DNA of 64,000 nucleotides from Planctomycetota bacterium (GCA_025459175.1 JALORC010000003.1:6819-70818), one strand, 5' to 3'; positions 10,601 to 19,256 are shown, counted from the stretch's first letter. Numbers and translations are program-made. Notes: a model not told the origin generated them from the sequence alone.

Positions 10601-10732
10601 GAAGGCCGGGATCGCGCTGCCGACCTGGCCGCTGGTCGTGGTGACGAGGTTGCCGACCAGCGACTGCGCGGCAGCGGCAGCCGACAGCGTCGCGACAGCG
10701 AGAACGGACCGGGACAGTGAGGTACGGCGCAT
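7685..10732 (-). CDS. Secreted ELWxxDGT-repeat beta-propeller protein with shared C-terminal domain
   Basis: Signal peptide MRRTSLSRSVLAVATLSAAAAAQ; about 18 G-x-E-L/P-W-x-x-D-G-T repeats; ends YGLGCAGSNG...FFQWAVLDP...SGGLQIQIGS. Confidence 0.9.
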   Translation of the reverse strand: MRRTSLSRSVLAVATLSAAAAAQSLVGNLVTTTSGQVGSAIPAFHVIGNRAVFRATSGHGIEPWVTDGSQAGTHLLLDLMPAGNSFPDDFVVLGSEVLFAAEVPGFGRELWKTDGTTAGTVLVRDLRAGTAASNPDHLVRMGGFVYFSASDGSTGTELWRSDGTAAGTTLVADLVVGGPSSSPAQLTVVGSTLFFVAQTTATGFELHRTDGTALGTTLVADLNPGTGNTTYTQLAAFGARLLFAAEVGGGQEPFVSDGTPAGTFQLAELQPGATGSLPREFVTTGSTAWFSADGAGVGRELYRTDGTAVGTQLVADLQPGPVGGDPVELTTIGSVVVFSAVDAAGREPWRSDGTGPGTFRLADLIPGSGSSNPGAFAPIGTELWFAAQAPSVGVELHRTDGTIAGTALVADLSTGNLSTVPDAITAFGASVLMTSAFGGAGDEPCRTDGTVAGTLLLADVNRPYTSSSPRDFRDYGGRVWFAAGSNNNGTEPYVSDGTLAGTSMLIDLQPGSFGSNPEYPTTRGSDVFCVGNLFQQGQQLFRSDSLTGVTTRLTFQVPAVAPRGLATLGSLVLFSGISANGRELWVSDGTAVGTFELRDIRPGSADSFSLLAENFTAAGSRAFFTANDGLAGAELWITDGTAAGTFGLDLNPGSANSQPDELCAVGSICYFTAQIAGSGRELWRSDGTPGGTMLVRDLAPGLVSSTPDRLVAAGNRLFFTAVVAGQRELWVSDGTALGTVPVTTTAFGRLTPYTDLVATQAGLFFLHDDLTGAGTELWLTDGTTIGTRLVADVAPGLANGPLAGTVTAALGGTQVLFGAVDLASGLQLWLSDGTAANTRQVSNFGGGGVGAVSLSQFFSLGSKTYFACDDGINGIEPWVYDPSGAGIAFVLPYGLGCAGSNGVPGNGAAGLPTVGNAAFANTIAQGLPNSAAVQFWSGGSSNIALGLCRALLDFPIGSGATVFLDGAGSGSAPVPIPAVPTLVGSNLFFQWAVLDPAGPFLGLALSGGLQIQIGS

Positions 10733-10871
10733 GGGATCGGGATGGAGAGGCCCATGGGGTCCACGCGGAATGCCGCCCCTCGAGCCTTCAACATTATCCC
10801 ACGGCCGCCGTGCGATCGCCCCGAGCACCGTTCCGGTCAGCGCGTCCCCCCACACGCCGATGGCACCGGTC

Positions 10872-11348
10872 TCAGCCGCCGAGCGTCGCGTGCAGGAACC
10901 ACGCGTGCTTCTCGAACTGCGCGATCATGCCGGTCAGCAGGTCGAACGAGTCCTCGTCCGCGTGCTCCTTCGCGACCTCGCGCGCCGCGCGCATGCCGTC
11001 GAGAAGCGTGCCGATGCGCTCGGCGAGCAGCGCCACGTGCTCGAGGTCCTTGGTCACGTCCTGCGGGTAGTCCGGCAGCCGCGACTTCTTCGCGACGTGC
11101 TTCGCGGTGCCGACGGCGAGGTGACCGAGCGTCAGGATGCGCTCGGCGACCTCGTCGTTGTTGGCGGCCTGGTCGGTCGCGAACGTGTCGAACAACGGGT
11201 GCAGCGCGGCGAACTGCGGGCCCTTGATGTTCCAGTGCGCGACCTTGATCTGCGTGTAGAGGTCGAGACCGTCGGTCAGCACCGCGCGCAGCGCTTCGCA
11301 GACCTTCTTGCGAGCGTCGGCGGACAAGTGGCTCGGGGTGTTCTTCAT
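10872..11348 (-). CDS. dps: Dps/ferritin-like DNA protection protein
   Basis: AHWNIKGPQFAALHPLFD, DEVAERILTLG, EKHAWFL; start MKNTPS overlaps the ahpD stop. Confidence 0.93.
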   Translation of the reverse strand: MKNTPSHLSADARKKVCEALRAVLTDGLDLYTQIKVAHWNIKGPQFAALHPLFDTFATDQAANNDEVAERILTLGHLAVGTAKHVAKKSRLPDYPQDVTKDLEHVALLAERIGTLLDGMRAAREVAKEHADEDSFDLLTGMIAQFEKHAWFLHATLGG

Positions 11349-11905
11349 GGCGAGTTCGGGGACGGTTGGTTCGGGATCACCTGCTCCGACCACGATAGGG
11401 CGACCGCGGCGGCGTTGACCACCGCGGCGATGCGGATCGCGTCGTGCACCTGCGCGGTCGTCAGGCCGCCGTCGGTGACGACCTTCTCGTGCGCCTGCAC
11501 ACAGGTGCCGCAGCCGTTCACCGCGCTGACCGCGAGCGCGAACAACTCGAAGTCGAGCTTGTCGCCGGCCGGCGCCGCCAGTCGCTGCATGCGCAGCCGC
11601 GGCGGCAGCTGTTCGTAGTCCGGTTTGCCGACCATGTGCCGGAACCGGTAGTAGACGTTGTTCATCGCCATCAGCGCGGCGGCCGCCTGCGCGTCGGCCT
11701 CGGTGGCCGCCGGCAGCTCGGCGCCGGCGGCAGCCTGCACCGCGGCGGCGAGCCGGGTCGAACGCGCGGCCAACGCAACCGCGAGTGCCACGCCGAACCG
11801 CTGCGGCCCGGTCAGCGCGCCGCCCTGCAGCACGCTGCCGAGGTTGAGGCGGATGTCCTTGGCGGCGTCCGGCAGCACCGCCACGAGTTCCTGGAGCGCT
11901 TGCAT
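11345..11905 (-). CDS. ahpD: Alkyl hydroperoxide reductase AhpD (CMD family)
   Basis: LPDAAKDIRLNL, MAMNNVYYRFRH, AVSAVNGCGTCVQAHE (CxxC); start abuts the ahpC stop. Confidence 0.92.
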   Translation of the reverse strand: MQALQELVAVLPDAAKDIRLNLGSVLQGGALTGPQRFGVALAVALAARSTRLAAAVQAAAGAELPAATEADAQAAAALMAMNNVYYRFRHMVGKPDYEQLPPRLRMQRLAAPAGDKLDFELFALAVSAVNGCGTCVQAHEKVVTDGGLTTAQVHDAIRIAAVVNAAAVALSWSEQVIPNQPSPNSP

Positions 11906-12444
11906 CACTTCACCTCGAGGGTCTTGTCGCCCTTCTTCCAGTTGCACGGGCACAGCTCGCCGGTCTGCAGCGCGTCCAGCGTGCGCAGCACCTCGTCGAC
12001 GTTGCGACCGACGTCGAGGTCGTGCACCGACACGAAGCGGATCACGCCCTGCGGGTCGACGATCCACGTCGCGCGCAGGGGGATGCCTTCCTGCGGGTGC
12101 AAGATGCCGAGCGCCTGGCACAGCTCGCGCTTCTTGTCGGCGAGCATCGGGAACGGCAGCGCCTTCAGGTCCGGGTGGTGCTGGCGCCAGGCCAGGTGCA
12201 CGAACTCGCTGTCGCACGACAGGCCGAGCAGCTGTGCGTCGCGATCGGCGAAGTCGCCGTTGCGCTTGCCGAACTCGGCGATCTCGGTCGGGCACACGAA
12301 CGTGAAGTCGAGCGGCCACGAGAACACCACCATCCACTTGCCGGGGAAGGTGTCGTTCTGGATGTCCTGGAACTGCTTGCCGGCCTCGAGCGAGACGGCG
12401 GCGGGGAGGCGGAAGTGCGGGAAGTGGTTGCCTACGGTCAGCAT
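11905..12444 (-). CDS. ahpC: Peroxiredoxin AhpC
   Basis: PLDFTFVCPTE, GRNVDEVLRTLDALQTGELCPCNW. Confidence 0.95.
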   Translation of the reverse strand: MLTVGNHFPHFRLPAAVSLEAGKQFQDIQNDTFPGKWMVVFSWPLDFTFVCPTEIAEFGKRNGDFADRDAQLLGLSCDSEFVHLAWRQHHPDLKALPFPMLADKKRELCQALGILHPQEGIPLRATWIVDPQGVIRFVSVHDLDVGRNVDEVLRTLDALQTGELCPCNWKKGDKTLEVK

Positions 12445-12476
12445 GTCTGCGTCCTCTTGTTGGATACGATGTTGTT

Positions 12477-12491
12477 TTGGACTTTGTCTAA
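12477..12491. promoter_or_regulatory. Candidate Fur/PerR-type operator TTGGACTTTGTCTAA upstream of ahpC
   Basis: 15-bp imperfect palindrome TTRGAC-N3-GTCYAA in an AT-rich spacer; matches the box upstream of the regulator gene. Confidence 0.7.
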
Positions 12492-12529
12492 TCTCAGGTT
12501 GCGAGCGAAGCTGGCAATCTCCACTCGCT

Positions 12530-12952
12530 TCAGCGGCGGCGTCCCGGCTTGCGGCGCCCGCGCACGACGACCATGTATTCGCGGACGTCGACGCCCTCGA
12601 GCTCGTCTACCTTGCCGACCCGCAGCGCCTGCCACGGGATGTCCTCGATGATCCCGGTCTCGTCGTCGACGAAGTGGTGGTGCGGCTCGACGTTGGGGTC
12701 GAACACGACACTGCCCTCGGCCAGCACCAGCTGCTGCACGAGCCCGTGCTCGCGGAACGTCTGCAGCGTGTTGTAGACGGTGGCGCGGGACACCATCGGG
12801 AACTCGGCCTTGACCCGGCTCCACACCTGATCGGCGGTCGGGTGGTCCTTCGTGTCGAGCACGTAGGCAGCGATCGCGACGCGCTGCGCCGAGGGCCGGA
12901 TGCCGGCGCGCTCGAGGCGGTCGATCAGGGGTTGCTGGGGAGTGCTGCTCAC
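12530..12952 (-). CDS. Fur-family regulator (PerR/Irr-like, no Cys)
   Basis: GIRPSAQRVAI, HPTADQV, VSRATVYNTL, HHHF; lies directly upstream of ahpCD-dps. Confidence 0.92.
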   Translation of the reverse strand: MSSTPQQPLIDRLERAGIRPSAQRVAIAAYVLDTKDHPTADQVWSRVKAEFPMVSRATVYNTLQTFREHGLVQQLVLAEGSVVFDPNVEPHHHFVDDETGIIEDIPWQALRVGKVDELEGVDVREYMVVVRGRRKPGRRR

Positions 12953-12959
12953 GACGTTC

Positions 12960-12974
12960 TTAGACTACGTCCAA
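12960..12974. promoter_or_regulatory. Candidate autoregulatory operator TTAGACTACGTCCAA upstream of the Fur-family gene
   Basis: Same TTRGAC-N3-GTCYAA palindrome, a few nt upstream of the GTG start at 12952. Confidence 0.7.
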
Positions 12975-13013
12975 TCTTCGGCTCGGTCAAGCTGAAACTG
13001 TAGGGTGCGAAGC

Positions 13014-13280
13014 TCAGGATCGGCGCCAGGCCGCGTCCAGTCGCGCTGCCACCGACGGATCGACGTCGTGCTCGCGCCCGTCGGATCCCGCCCGCAACCG
13101 CTCACGCAGTCCGGCCAACACCACTGCAAAGGCACCGCCGAACCGTTCGCAGTCGCGGCAGCCCGCCACGTGTTCGCGGACGCGAGCCGCGAACGGCGCC
13201 GGCAGCGCCCCGTCGAGGAACTCCGACAGGTTCGCCAACACCTCGGCACAGCCGAGCCCACCGAGCGGAACCGCATTCAT
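13014..13280 (-). CDS. Zinc-finger (zf-HC2) anti-sigma factor
   Basis: CAEVLANLSEFLDG...HVAGCRDC (HxxxCxxC); start overlaps the sigma stop. Confidence 0.85.
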   Translation of the reverse strand: MNAVPLGGLGCAEVLANLSEFLDGALPAPFAARVREHVAGCRDCERFGGAFAVVLAGLRERLRAGSDGREHDVDPSVAARLDAAWRRS

Positions 13281-13858
13281 GCTTCCTCTCCAGTCGGCAG
13301 ACGCCGACGCAACTCCGCGACCAGACGCAAGCGCGCCCGGTGCAACCGGCTCTTCATCGCCTCGAGCGACAGGCCGAGCACCTCGGCCACCTCGTCCCCA
13401 CTGCGCTGTTCGAGCTCGCGCAACACCAGCACCTCACGATCGGCCGGCGGCAGCGCCGCCAGCGCCTCGTGCACGATCGCACGCGACTCCAACAACTGGG
13501 CGAAGGCGACGGGGTTGGCCGCCGGGTCGGCGAAGCCGGCTTCGCTGCCGAGCGTCGTCAATGACACCGTCGGCGCCGCTGCGACCTGGCGCCAGCGCCG
13601 CGCCGCCGCGTTGCGCGCGATGGTCAGCAACCAGGCGCTGGCCCCGAGCTCGACCCGCGCCGAGCTCGCGTGCCGCCACGCCTGCACGAACGTGTCCTGC
13701 AGGATCTCCTCGGCAAGCTGACGATCGTGCAGCAGCAGCCCGACGAAGCGATACACCGCCGCGCGGTGCCGGACGACGAACTCGGCGAACGCAGAGTCAT
13801 CCCCTTCGGCACTGCGAGCCAGCAGCTCCGCGTCGGTTCGTGAGCCCGATTCCGGCAT
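13277..13858 (-). CDS. ECF RNA polymerase sigma-70 factor
   Basis: AEEILQDTF, AWLLTIARN, LPPADREVLVLRELE, MKSRLHRAR. Confidence 0.92.
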   Translation of the reverse strand: MPESGSRTDAELLARSAEGDDSAFAEFVVRHRAAVYRFVGLLLHDRQLAEEILQDTFVQAWRHASSARVELGASAWLLTIARNAAARRWRQVAAAPTVSLTTLGSEAGFADPAANPVAFAQLLESRAIVHEALAALPPADREVLVLRELEQRSGDEVAEVLGLSLEAMKSRLHRARLRLVAELRRRLPTGEEA

Positions 13859-13870
13859 GCGGTCCTCGCG

Positions 13871-14083
13871 TCAGGACGCCTTGCAGACCCCGCCCGAGCA
13901 GGTGCTCAGCCCGAGCGCGGTATAGAGCGGGCAGCTACCGATCAGGCCGGTCAGCAACGGCACGAGACCGAGCCAACCCCACGGGGTGACCGGGCCGACG
14001 AAGGTGATGCTGAGCAGGCCGATGCCGAGCAGCACGCGGAAGACGCGGTCGATCGGGTGTTCGTTCTTGGGCAGGATGTTCAT
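13871..14083 (-). CDS. DUF2892/YgaP-like small membrane protein
   Basis: KNEHPIDRVFRVLLG...GLVPLLTGLIGSCPLYTALGLSTC. Confidence 0.85.
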   Translation of the reverse strand: MNILPKNEHPIDRVFRVLLGIGLLSITFVGPVTPWGWLGLVPLLTGLIGSCPLYTALGLSTCSGGVCKAS

Positions 14084-14206
14084 GATCGGGTCCTCGTTCG
14101 CGGCCCGCGACGGCGGGCACAACCAAGGGAGTCCCGCAGCGGCAGCGAGGATTCACCCCGGCACCGAACGACGAGTGCGCAGAGCCCGGCGGCCTTCGTG
14201 CGTAGT

Positions 14207-14779
14207 TCAGCCACCGAGCTTGCCGGCCACCTGCAGCAGTCGCTGCACGACCTTCTGCGCCGCGGTGGCCTGCTTGCCGTCGGCCAGCGCGCCGTCGGAC
14301 GCGAACGCCGTGCTTGCCCCACCGAGCGCGAACTGCTCGGTGATCACCAGCACCCCGAGGTTCATCAACACCTGCCGCAGGTGCACCAGCGCGCGCATGC
14401 CGCCGAGCGCCCCCGGCGAAGCCGCCATCACCGCCGCCACCGCCCCACCGAACGCGGACACGTTCGGCTCCTTGTCGTACGGCCGCGACAGCCAGTCGAG
14501 CGCGTTCTTCAACACCGCCGGCAGCGACGCGTTGTACTCGGGCGTCACCACCAGCAACGCCTGGTGCTGCCGCACGAGCGCCCGCAACCGCACCGCACCT
14601 TCGGGCAGTCCCTGCGCCGCCTCGAGGTCGCCGTCGTAGAGCGGCATCGGAAAGTCGCGCAGATCGACGAACGTCGCCACCGCGCCACAGGCCTCGGCGA
14701 GGCGGACCACGGCGCGCGCCAACTGCTTGCTGAACGATCCGGAACGGGTCGACCCGGCGAGGACGAGGAGCTTGCTCAT
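14207..14779 (-). CDS. NADPH-dependent FMN reductase
   Basis: LAGSTRSGSFS, TPEYNASLPAVLKNALDWLSR, ASPGALGG. Confidence 0.92.
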   Translation of the reverse strand: MSKLLVLAGSTRSGSFSKQLARAVVRLAEACGAVATFVDLRDFPMPLYDGDLEAAQGLPEGAVRLRALVRQHQALLVVTPEYNASLPAVLKNALDWLSRPYDKEPNVSAFGGAVAAVMAASPGALGGMRALVHLRQVLMNLGVLVITEQFALGGASTAFASDGALADGKQATAAQKVVQRLLQVAGKLGG

Positions 14780-14800
14780 TCGGCGCGGATGGTACGGCGA

Positions 14801-15103
14801 TCAGACGGCGAACGACAGCGCGGCGGTGACGGCATTGGCGAGCGCGGCCATGAGCCATGCCCTTCCGATCGGCAACCGCGTGCAGCCGACGTAGACCAAG
14901 GCTTCGGCAACCACCACACCGCCTTCGACGAGCCACCACGACGCGCCGAGTTCGCGCACCGCGTACCAGGCCAGCGGATGGGTGAGCAGGTTGGCGGCGG
15001 CGCCGTCGAGCAGCGTTCGCCGCCGCCGTTCGGCCGGCGCCAGCAGCGCCAGCAACGGCAGCTCGACGGCGAGCGTAAACAGGAACGCCGACAGCCAGGT
15101 CAT
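14801..15103 (-). CDS. Small membrane protein
   Basis: MTWLSAFLFTLAVELP...ANLLTHPLAW...VEGGVVVAEAL...LANAVT; start overlaps the upstream stop (ATGA). Confidence 0.75.
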   Translation of the reverse strand: MTWLSAFLFTLAVELPLLALLAPAERRRRTLLDGAAANLLTHPLAWYAVRELGASWWLVEGGVVVAEALVYVGCTRLPIGRAWLMAALANAVTAALSFAV

Positions 15104-16059
15104 GTACCGTTCCCCACCGCACCACGCGCAGCCATCCCGCAAGCCAGCAACAGCACCGGGATCTCCAGCCACGCGTGCAGTGCCGCGGCGATCGCGTAGC
15201 CGCTGCGCGCCGAGGCGAACGCGCCGGCGAACGCGATCGTCATCAGCGCGCCGAGCCCGACCACCACGAGCCGCCCGTGCCGCGGCCAACGCCAGCGGGC
15301 GCCGGCGACCTCGCTGCCGCCGCCGAGCCGCGGCAGCACGTGCAACACGACCGCGTAGTGCAGGCACTGCAGGTAGGCCGCCATCGCGAACAGGTCGGGA
15401 GCGCGCTCGCTGCCGAGCAGCGAAGGCAGCACCAGCGCCGGCAGCTCGGCGGTCAATGGACCGAGCCCGAACGGCCCCGAGTCCGTACGCGGCCAGACCG
15501 CGTGCAGCAGTTCGGCGGCGGTGCCGCTCGCGATCAGCACCGGCACGATCCCGAACGCGACCGCACAACCGAGCATCGCCAGCATCCGCGTCCGGCCGCG
15601 CAGCCGTTCGCCGAGGAACGCCACCGGGGTCACGTTGTGCAGCACCGCGAACGCGGCGAGCGTGTCGAGCGGCGACCACAGCACACCGACCGCCAGCACC
15701 ATCGCCACAGCCCACGCGAGGCCGTTGCCGCGCCGCATGCCGAGCCCGGCTGCCGCCAGCACCGCGAGGCCGAACCCGGCCAGCAGCTCACCGCGGATGC
15801 GCAACTCGCTGCTGCCGACCCCCGCCGCCGCGCCAACGCGGATCGCCACCACCACAGCCAGCAAGCCACCACCGAGCCACACCGCGGTGCGCCCGATGCG
15901 CGCGCCGAACCGCTCGTCGACATACCGCAGCTCGACCAGCACGTGGGGCAGCCCGAAGGCAGCCAGCGACAGCGCATAGGTCCACAGCGGCGCCGCGGTG
16001 GCGACCGCCGCGGTCACGGCCACGCCGACCGCGAGCGCGAGCGCCGTTGCGAACGTCAC
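15100..16059 (-). CDS. Polytopic membrane protein with His motifs (possible intramembrane metalloenzyme)
   Basis: GTG start overlaps the LysM-gene stop; FGLPHVLVELRY, LHNVTP, YLQCLHY, LHAWLE. Confidence 0.7.
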   Translation of the reverse strand: MTFATALALAVGVAVTAAVATAAPLWTYALSLAAFGLPHVLVELRYVDERFGARIGRTAVWLGGGLLAVVVAIRVGAAAGVGSSELRIRGELLAGFGLAVLAAAGLGMRRGNGLAWAVAMVLAVGVLWSPLDTLAAFAVLHNVTPVAFLGERLRGRTRMLAMLGCAVAFGIVPVLIASGTAAELLHAVWPRTDSGPFGLGPLTAELPALVLPSLLGSERAPDLFAMAAYLQCLHYAVVLHVLPRLGGGSEVAGARWRWPRHGRLVVVGLGALMTIAFAGAFASARSGYAIAAALHAWLEIPVLLLACGMAARGAVGNGT

Positions 16060-16862
16060 GCCGGCGCGAGCTCCGGCCGCCGCGCGCGCCACAGCAGCGC
16101 CCCACCACCGGCTGCGGCCAGCAGCAGCAACAGCAGTGCGTCCTCGCGCTGCTTGGCCGGGACCTCGACCGACACTTCCTTGCCGTTCTTGTCGAAGCCA
16201 GTGCTCTTGCACCCGATCGCGAACGAGCCGTCACCCTTCGCCTCGACGACATGGCGATCGACCCGGCGCACCATCGGGTGCTCGGTCGGCACACTGTGGT
16301 CGGCGTTCTTCGCGACCAGCTGGGTGACCAACCGGGCATCGATCTGCTTCTGCACGCCTTCCGGCAGCTTCCAACCCGGGCCGCGGCGGCGCCATTCGGC
16401 CTCGAAGGACGCCTGCTCGGCGGCTGGCACCAGATAGATGCGGAACATGCCGCCCTGCCGGCCGACGGCCAGCTGCGCCCCGACCACCAATGGTCGCACC
16501 GTGCGCTGGTGACCGTCTTCGGCGTCGGAGTAGACGAACATCCGCGTCGCCGGCTCGGCCGCCGCGACCTTCGGATCGGCCGGCGGCAACCAGAGCAGCT
16601 GCCCGATCTGCAGCCGCGTCGGGTCGAGTCCGGGGTTCAGCTGTTCGATCTGCTGCCAGCGACCGGCGTCACCCAGCCGGAGCTGGGCGATCGCCATCAG
16701 GGTCTCGTCCTTGCCGACGACGTGGGCGAGGCAGTGCGTGCGCGCCAGCACCGACGCGTCGAGGTGGGACTCGATGGCGACGCTGCGCACTCCTGCGACC
16801 ACGAGGTCCGGCGGCGGCAGCAGCGACAGGGCGGCGAGCAGAGGCAAGGCGACAGGGTGCAT
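16056..16862 (-). CDS. LysM-domain protein with signal peptide and C-terminal TM anchor
   Basis: HVVGKDETLMAIAQLRLGDAGRWQQIEQLNPGLDPTRLQIGQLLWLP (LysM); C-terminal LLLLLLAAAGGGALLW-RARR. Confidence 0.8.
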   Translation of the reverse strand: MHPVALPLLAALSLLPPPDLVVAGVRSVAIESHLDASVLARTHCLAHVVGKDETLMAIAQLRLGDAGRWQQIEQLNPGLDPTRLQIGQLLWLPPADPKVAAAEPATRMFVYSDAEDGHQRTVRPLVVGAQLAVGRQGGMFRIYLVPAAEQASFEAEWRRRGPGWKLPEGVQKQIDARLVTQLVAKNADHSVPTEHPMVRRVDRHVVEAKGDGSFAIGCKSTGFDKNGKEVSVEVPAKQREDALLLLLLAAAGGGALLWRARRPELAPA

Positions 16863-16962
16863 GGATCGATCTCCGTTTCGGCAAGGAAAGCGCGCGGCAA
16901 CGCCACCGATCGCGGTCGGTTCCGCACGCCAGTCTATTGCCAGCCACGGCCAGCTGCACGGA

Positions 16963-18741
16963 TCAGCGTTCGACGACGACCCGTGCGGCCAGTCCCTCGC
17001 GACGAATCACCCGGATCCGCGTCGAACGCGGCGGCTGCGCCAGCAGGTCGCGCCGCACGTGGCACAGGTCCGACTGCAGCAGCGGCTGCGCCACGAACTC
17101 GACCGGCACGTAGTCGCGCTCGAAGCGGGGGTCGGCCCAGAACCGCGAGGCGCCGGCGGCGAAGCGGTCCTTGACGCCGAACACGAACTCGGGCCGCTGC
17201 TCGTCGAGGATGTAGCGACGCAGGAACTCCGGGTCGCGGATGTTCTTGGCGATGGTGCGGCTGCCGAGGCCGCCGAGGTCGAGCAGGCGGATGCCGGCGT
17301 CGTGGCTGGTGCCGCCGGCGTCGTGGTGCGCCAGCAGCGGATCGGCGCTGCCGAGGTCGCTGCACAGGCGCTTGATCTCGCCGCCGATCGTCGCGACGAC
17401 CGCGAGCGGTGTGGTCGGCGCGGCGAGGAAGGCGAAGTACTGGCTGGTGGTGCCGAGCACGAGCACGAACGCCGCGACCGCCGGGAGCCCCAGCGAGGCA
17501 CGTTCCGCTCGTTCCGGCAGCGAATCGCCCTCGCTGTCCACGGCGTTCACGCCGTCGCGCGCGCCACTCGCCCAACCGACCAGCAGCGCGAGGCACGGCA
17601 GGGCCGGCGCCACGAACCGCCAGCAGCCCATCCAGTCCGAGGCATAGAGCACGAACACGGCCTGGGCCGCGAGCAGCGCCAGCGCCAGTGCGATCGGCAG
17701 CGGCAGCGGTCGCCGCCGCAGCGCCGCGAGCAGCGACGGCAGCAGCACCAGCACGCCACTGCCGAAGGCCCACGAGGTCAGATAGTGCCAGTGCCCCCCG
17801 AACGGGTTCAGCAGCGACAGGAAGGTCGCCTCGCCGGCCTTGGCGTAGAACGGGTTCGGCAGCGGATCACCGAAGTACCACAGCCGGAACGCCAGCAACG
17901 CCGTCCAGGCGACGAACGGCAACAGCGCCACCGGCAGCGCGGCGCGCAGGCGAACCCGCCAGTCGCGGCCGACCGACGGATGCGCGACCAGCACCAGGAA
18001 GCACGCGACCACCGCCAGCGGCGCCTCGGGTCGCACCAGCACCGGCACGCACAGCACGATGCCGATCCAGACCGCGGCGTGCCGCGACGACAGCCACGGC
18101 AGGCTCGCGGCCAGCAACATCGCCAGCCCCTGCAGACCGTGCTCGAGCCCGGACACCGACCAGACCAACTGCGGCGCGCCGAGCAACACCAGACTGGCCA
18201 GCAGCCACGCCGCGGCGCTGCGACCCTGATCGAGCGCGCGATGCAGCACCAGCACGGTCGCGAAGCCGATCGCCAGCGACGACCACTTCGCCGCCACCGC
18301 CATCGGCACACCGCACCAGCGCAGCAGCGCCAGCCACAACAGCCACAGCGTGTTCGAATACGCCTCTTCGGGCGGCAGTCCCGGATGCAGCACGAGGCCG
18401 TGGCCGCGCACGAGGTTCTCGCTGTATGCGAAGGTGATGCCGGCGTCGTCGACCATCCAGTCGTGCAGGCAGTGCGTCAGCAGCAGGAACGCCACCGCGG
18501 TCGCCAGCAGCCGCACCCGCCCGGGCCACGGCCGCGGCAGGCCGCCCGACACTCCGGCCAGCCCCATCGCGACGAACGCGCCGGCGAGTGCTTCGGCGAG
18601 CCGCAGGCTGGCGGCGGCGGCCGCCGTCGAACTGCCGGCGCCGAACAGTCGCGCCGCCAGCAGCTGCGGCTTGACCAGCAGCACGGCGCCGATGACCACC
18701 AGGGCAGTGCAGACGATGGTCGTGGTTCGAGGCACGTTCAT
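16963..18741 (-). CDS. GT-C-type membrane glycosyltransferase-like protein (AftB-like)
   Basis: VDDAGITFAYSENLVRGHGLV, EAYSNTLW, SGLE, RPE, YFGDPLPNPFYAK, WRFVAP, DLGGL. Confidence 0.7.
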   Translation of the reverse strand: MNVPRTTTIVCTALVVIGAVLLVKPQLLAARLFGAGSSTAAAAASLRLAEALAGAFVAMGLAGVSGGLPRPWPGRVRLLATAVAFLLLTHCLHDWMVDDAGITFAYSENLVRGHGLVLHPGLPPEEAYSNTLWLLWLALLRWCGVPMAVAAKWSSLAIGFATVLVLHRALDQGRSAAAWLLASLVLLGAPQLVWSVSGLEHGLQGLAMLLAASLPWLSSRHAAVWIGIVLCVPVLVRPEAPLAVVACFLVLVAHPSVGRDWRVRLRAALPVALLPFVAWTALLAFRLWYFGDPLPNPFYAKAGEATFLSLLNPFGGHWHYLTSWAFGSGVLVLLPSLLAALRRRPLPLPIALALALLAAQAVFVLYASDWMGCWRFVAPALPCLALLVGWASGARDGVNAVDSEGDSLPERAERASLGLPAVAAFVLVLGTTSQYFAFLAAPTTPLAVVATIGGEIKRLCSDLGSADPLLAHHDAGGTSHDAGIRLLDLGGLGSRTIAKNIRDPEFLRRYILDEQRPEFVFGVKDRFAAGASRFWADPRFERDYVPVEFVAQPLLQSDLCHVRRDLLAQPPRSTRIRVIRREGLAARVVVER

Positions 18742-18785
18742 GGCAGGCCGCGCACCTTACCGGTCGCGGCTCGCAGCCGCGCCCA

Positions 18786-19256
18786 TCACTGCTCGAACAG
18801 CGCGCGCAGATCCTTGTGCTTCTCGATCGCGGCGACATCCGCCTTCAGGTTGTCCGGCACGTTGCCCGACTTGACCGCACTCATCACGGTCCCGAGGCGG
18901 GCCACCAGGCCGGTCAGCTCGCTGACCTTGAGGCCGTTCTTCTCGGCGATGACCTTGATGTCCTTTGCCTTGGCGACCAGCGTCTTCATGTCCTTGGCCT
19001 GTGCCGCGCCGTCTTTGCCGAGTTCGGCCTGCAGGTCCTTGGCGACCGCGGCGAGCCGCGTCAGCGACTTGTCGTCGAGCGGCGTGGTGGCAGCCTCCTT
19101 CATGTTGGCGGCCGCTTCCTTGACCTTGTCGGTCATGCTCTTCTGCGGCACCGGGTTGTCGGCGGCCGGGGTCTTGCCCGCACCCTGGGTGCCGGCATCG
19201 GGCTTCGAGCAGGCGAACAGCAACACGAGCGGCAGCAGCAGCGTGAGTGGTTTCAT
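18786..19256 (-). CDS. Lipoprotein, hypothetical
   Basis: MKPLTLLLPLVLLFAC lipobox; helical, Lys/Ala-rich body. Confidence 0.75.
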   Translation of the reverse strand: MKPLTLLLPLVLLFACSKPDAGTQGAGKTPAADNPVPQKSMTDKVKEAAANMKEAATTPLDDKSLTRLAAVAKDLQAELGKDGAAQAKDMKTLVAKAKDIKVIAEKNGLKVSELTGLVARLGTVMSAVKSGNVPDNLKADVAAIEKHKDLRALFEQ

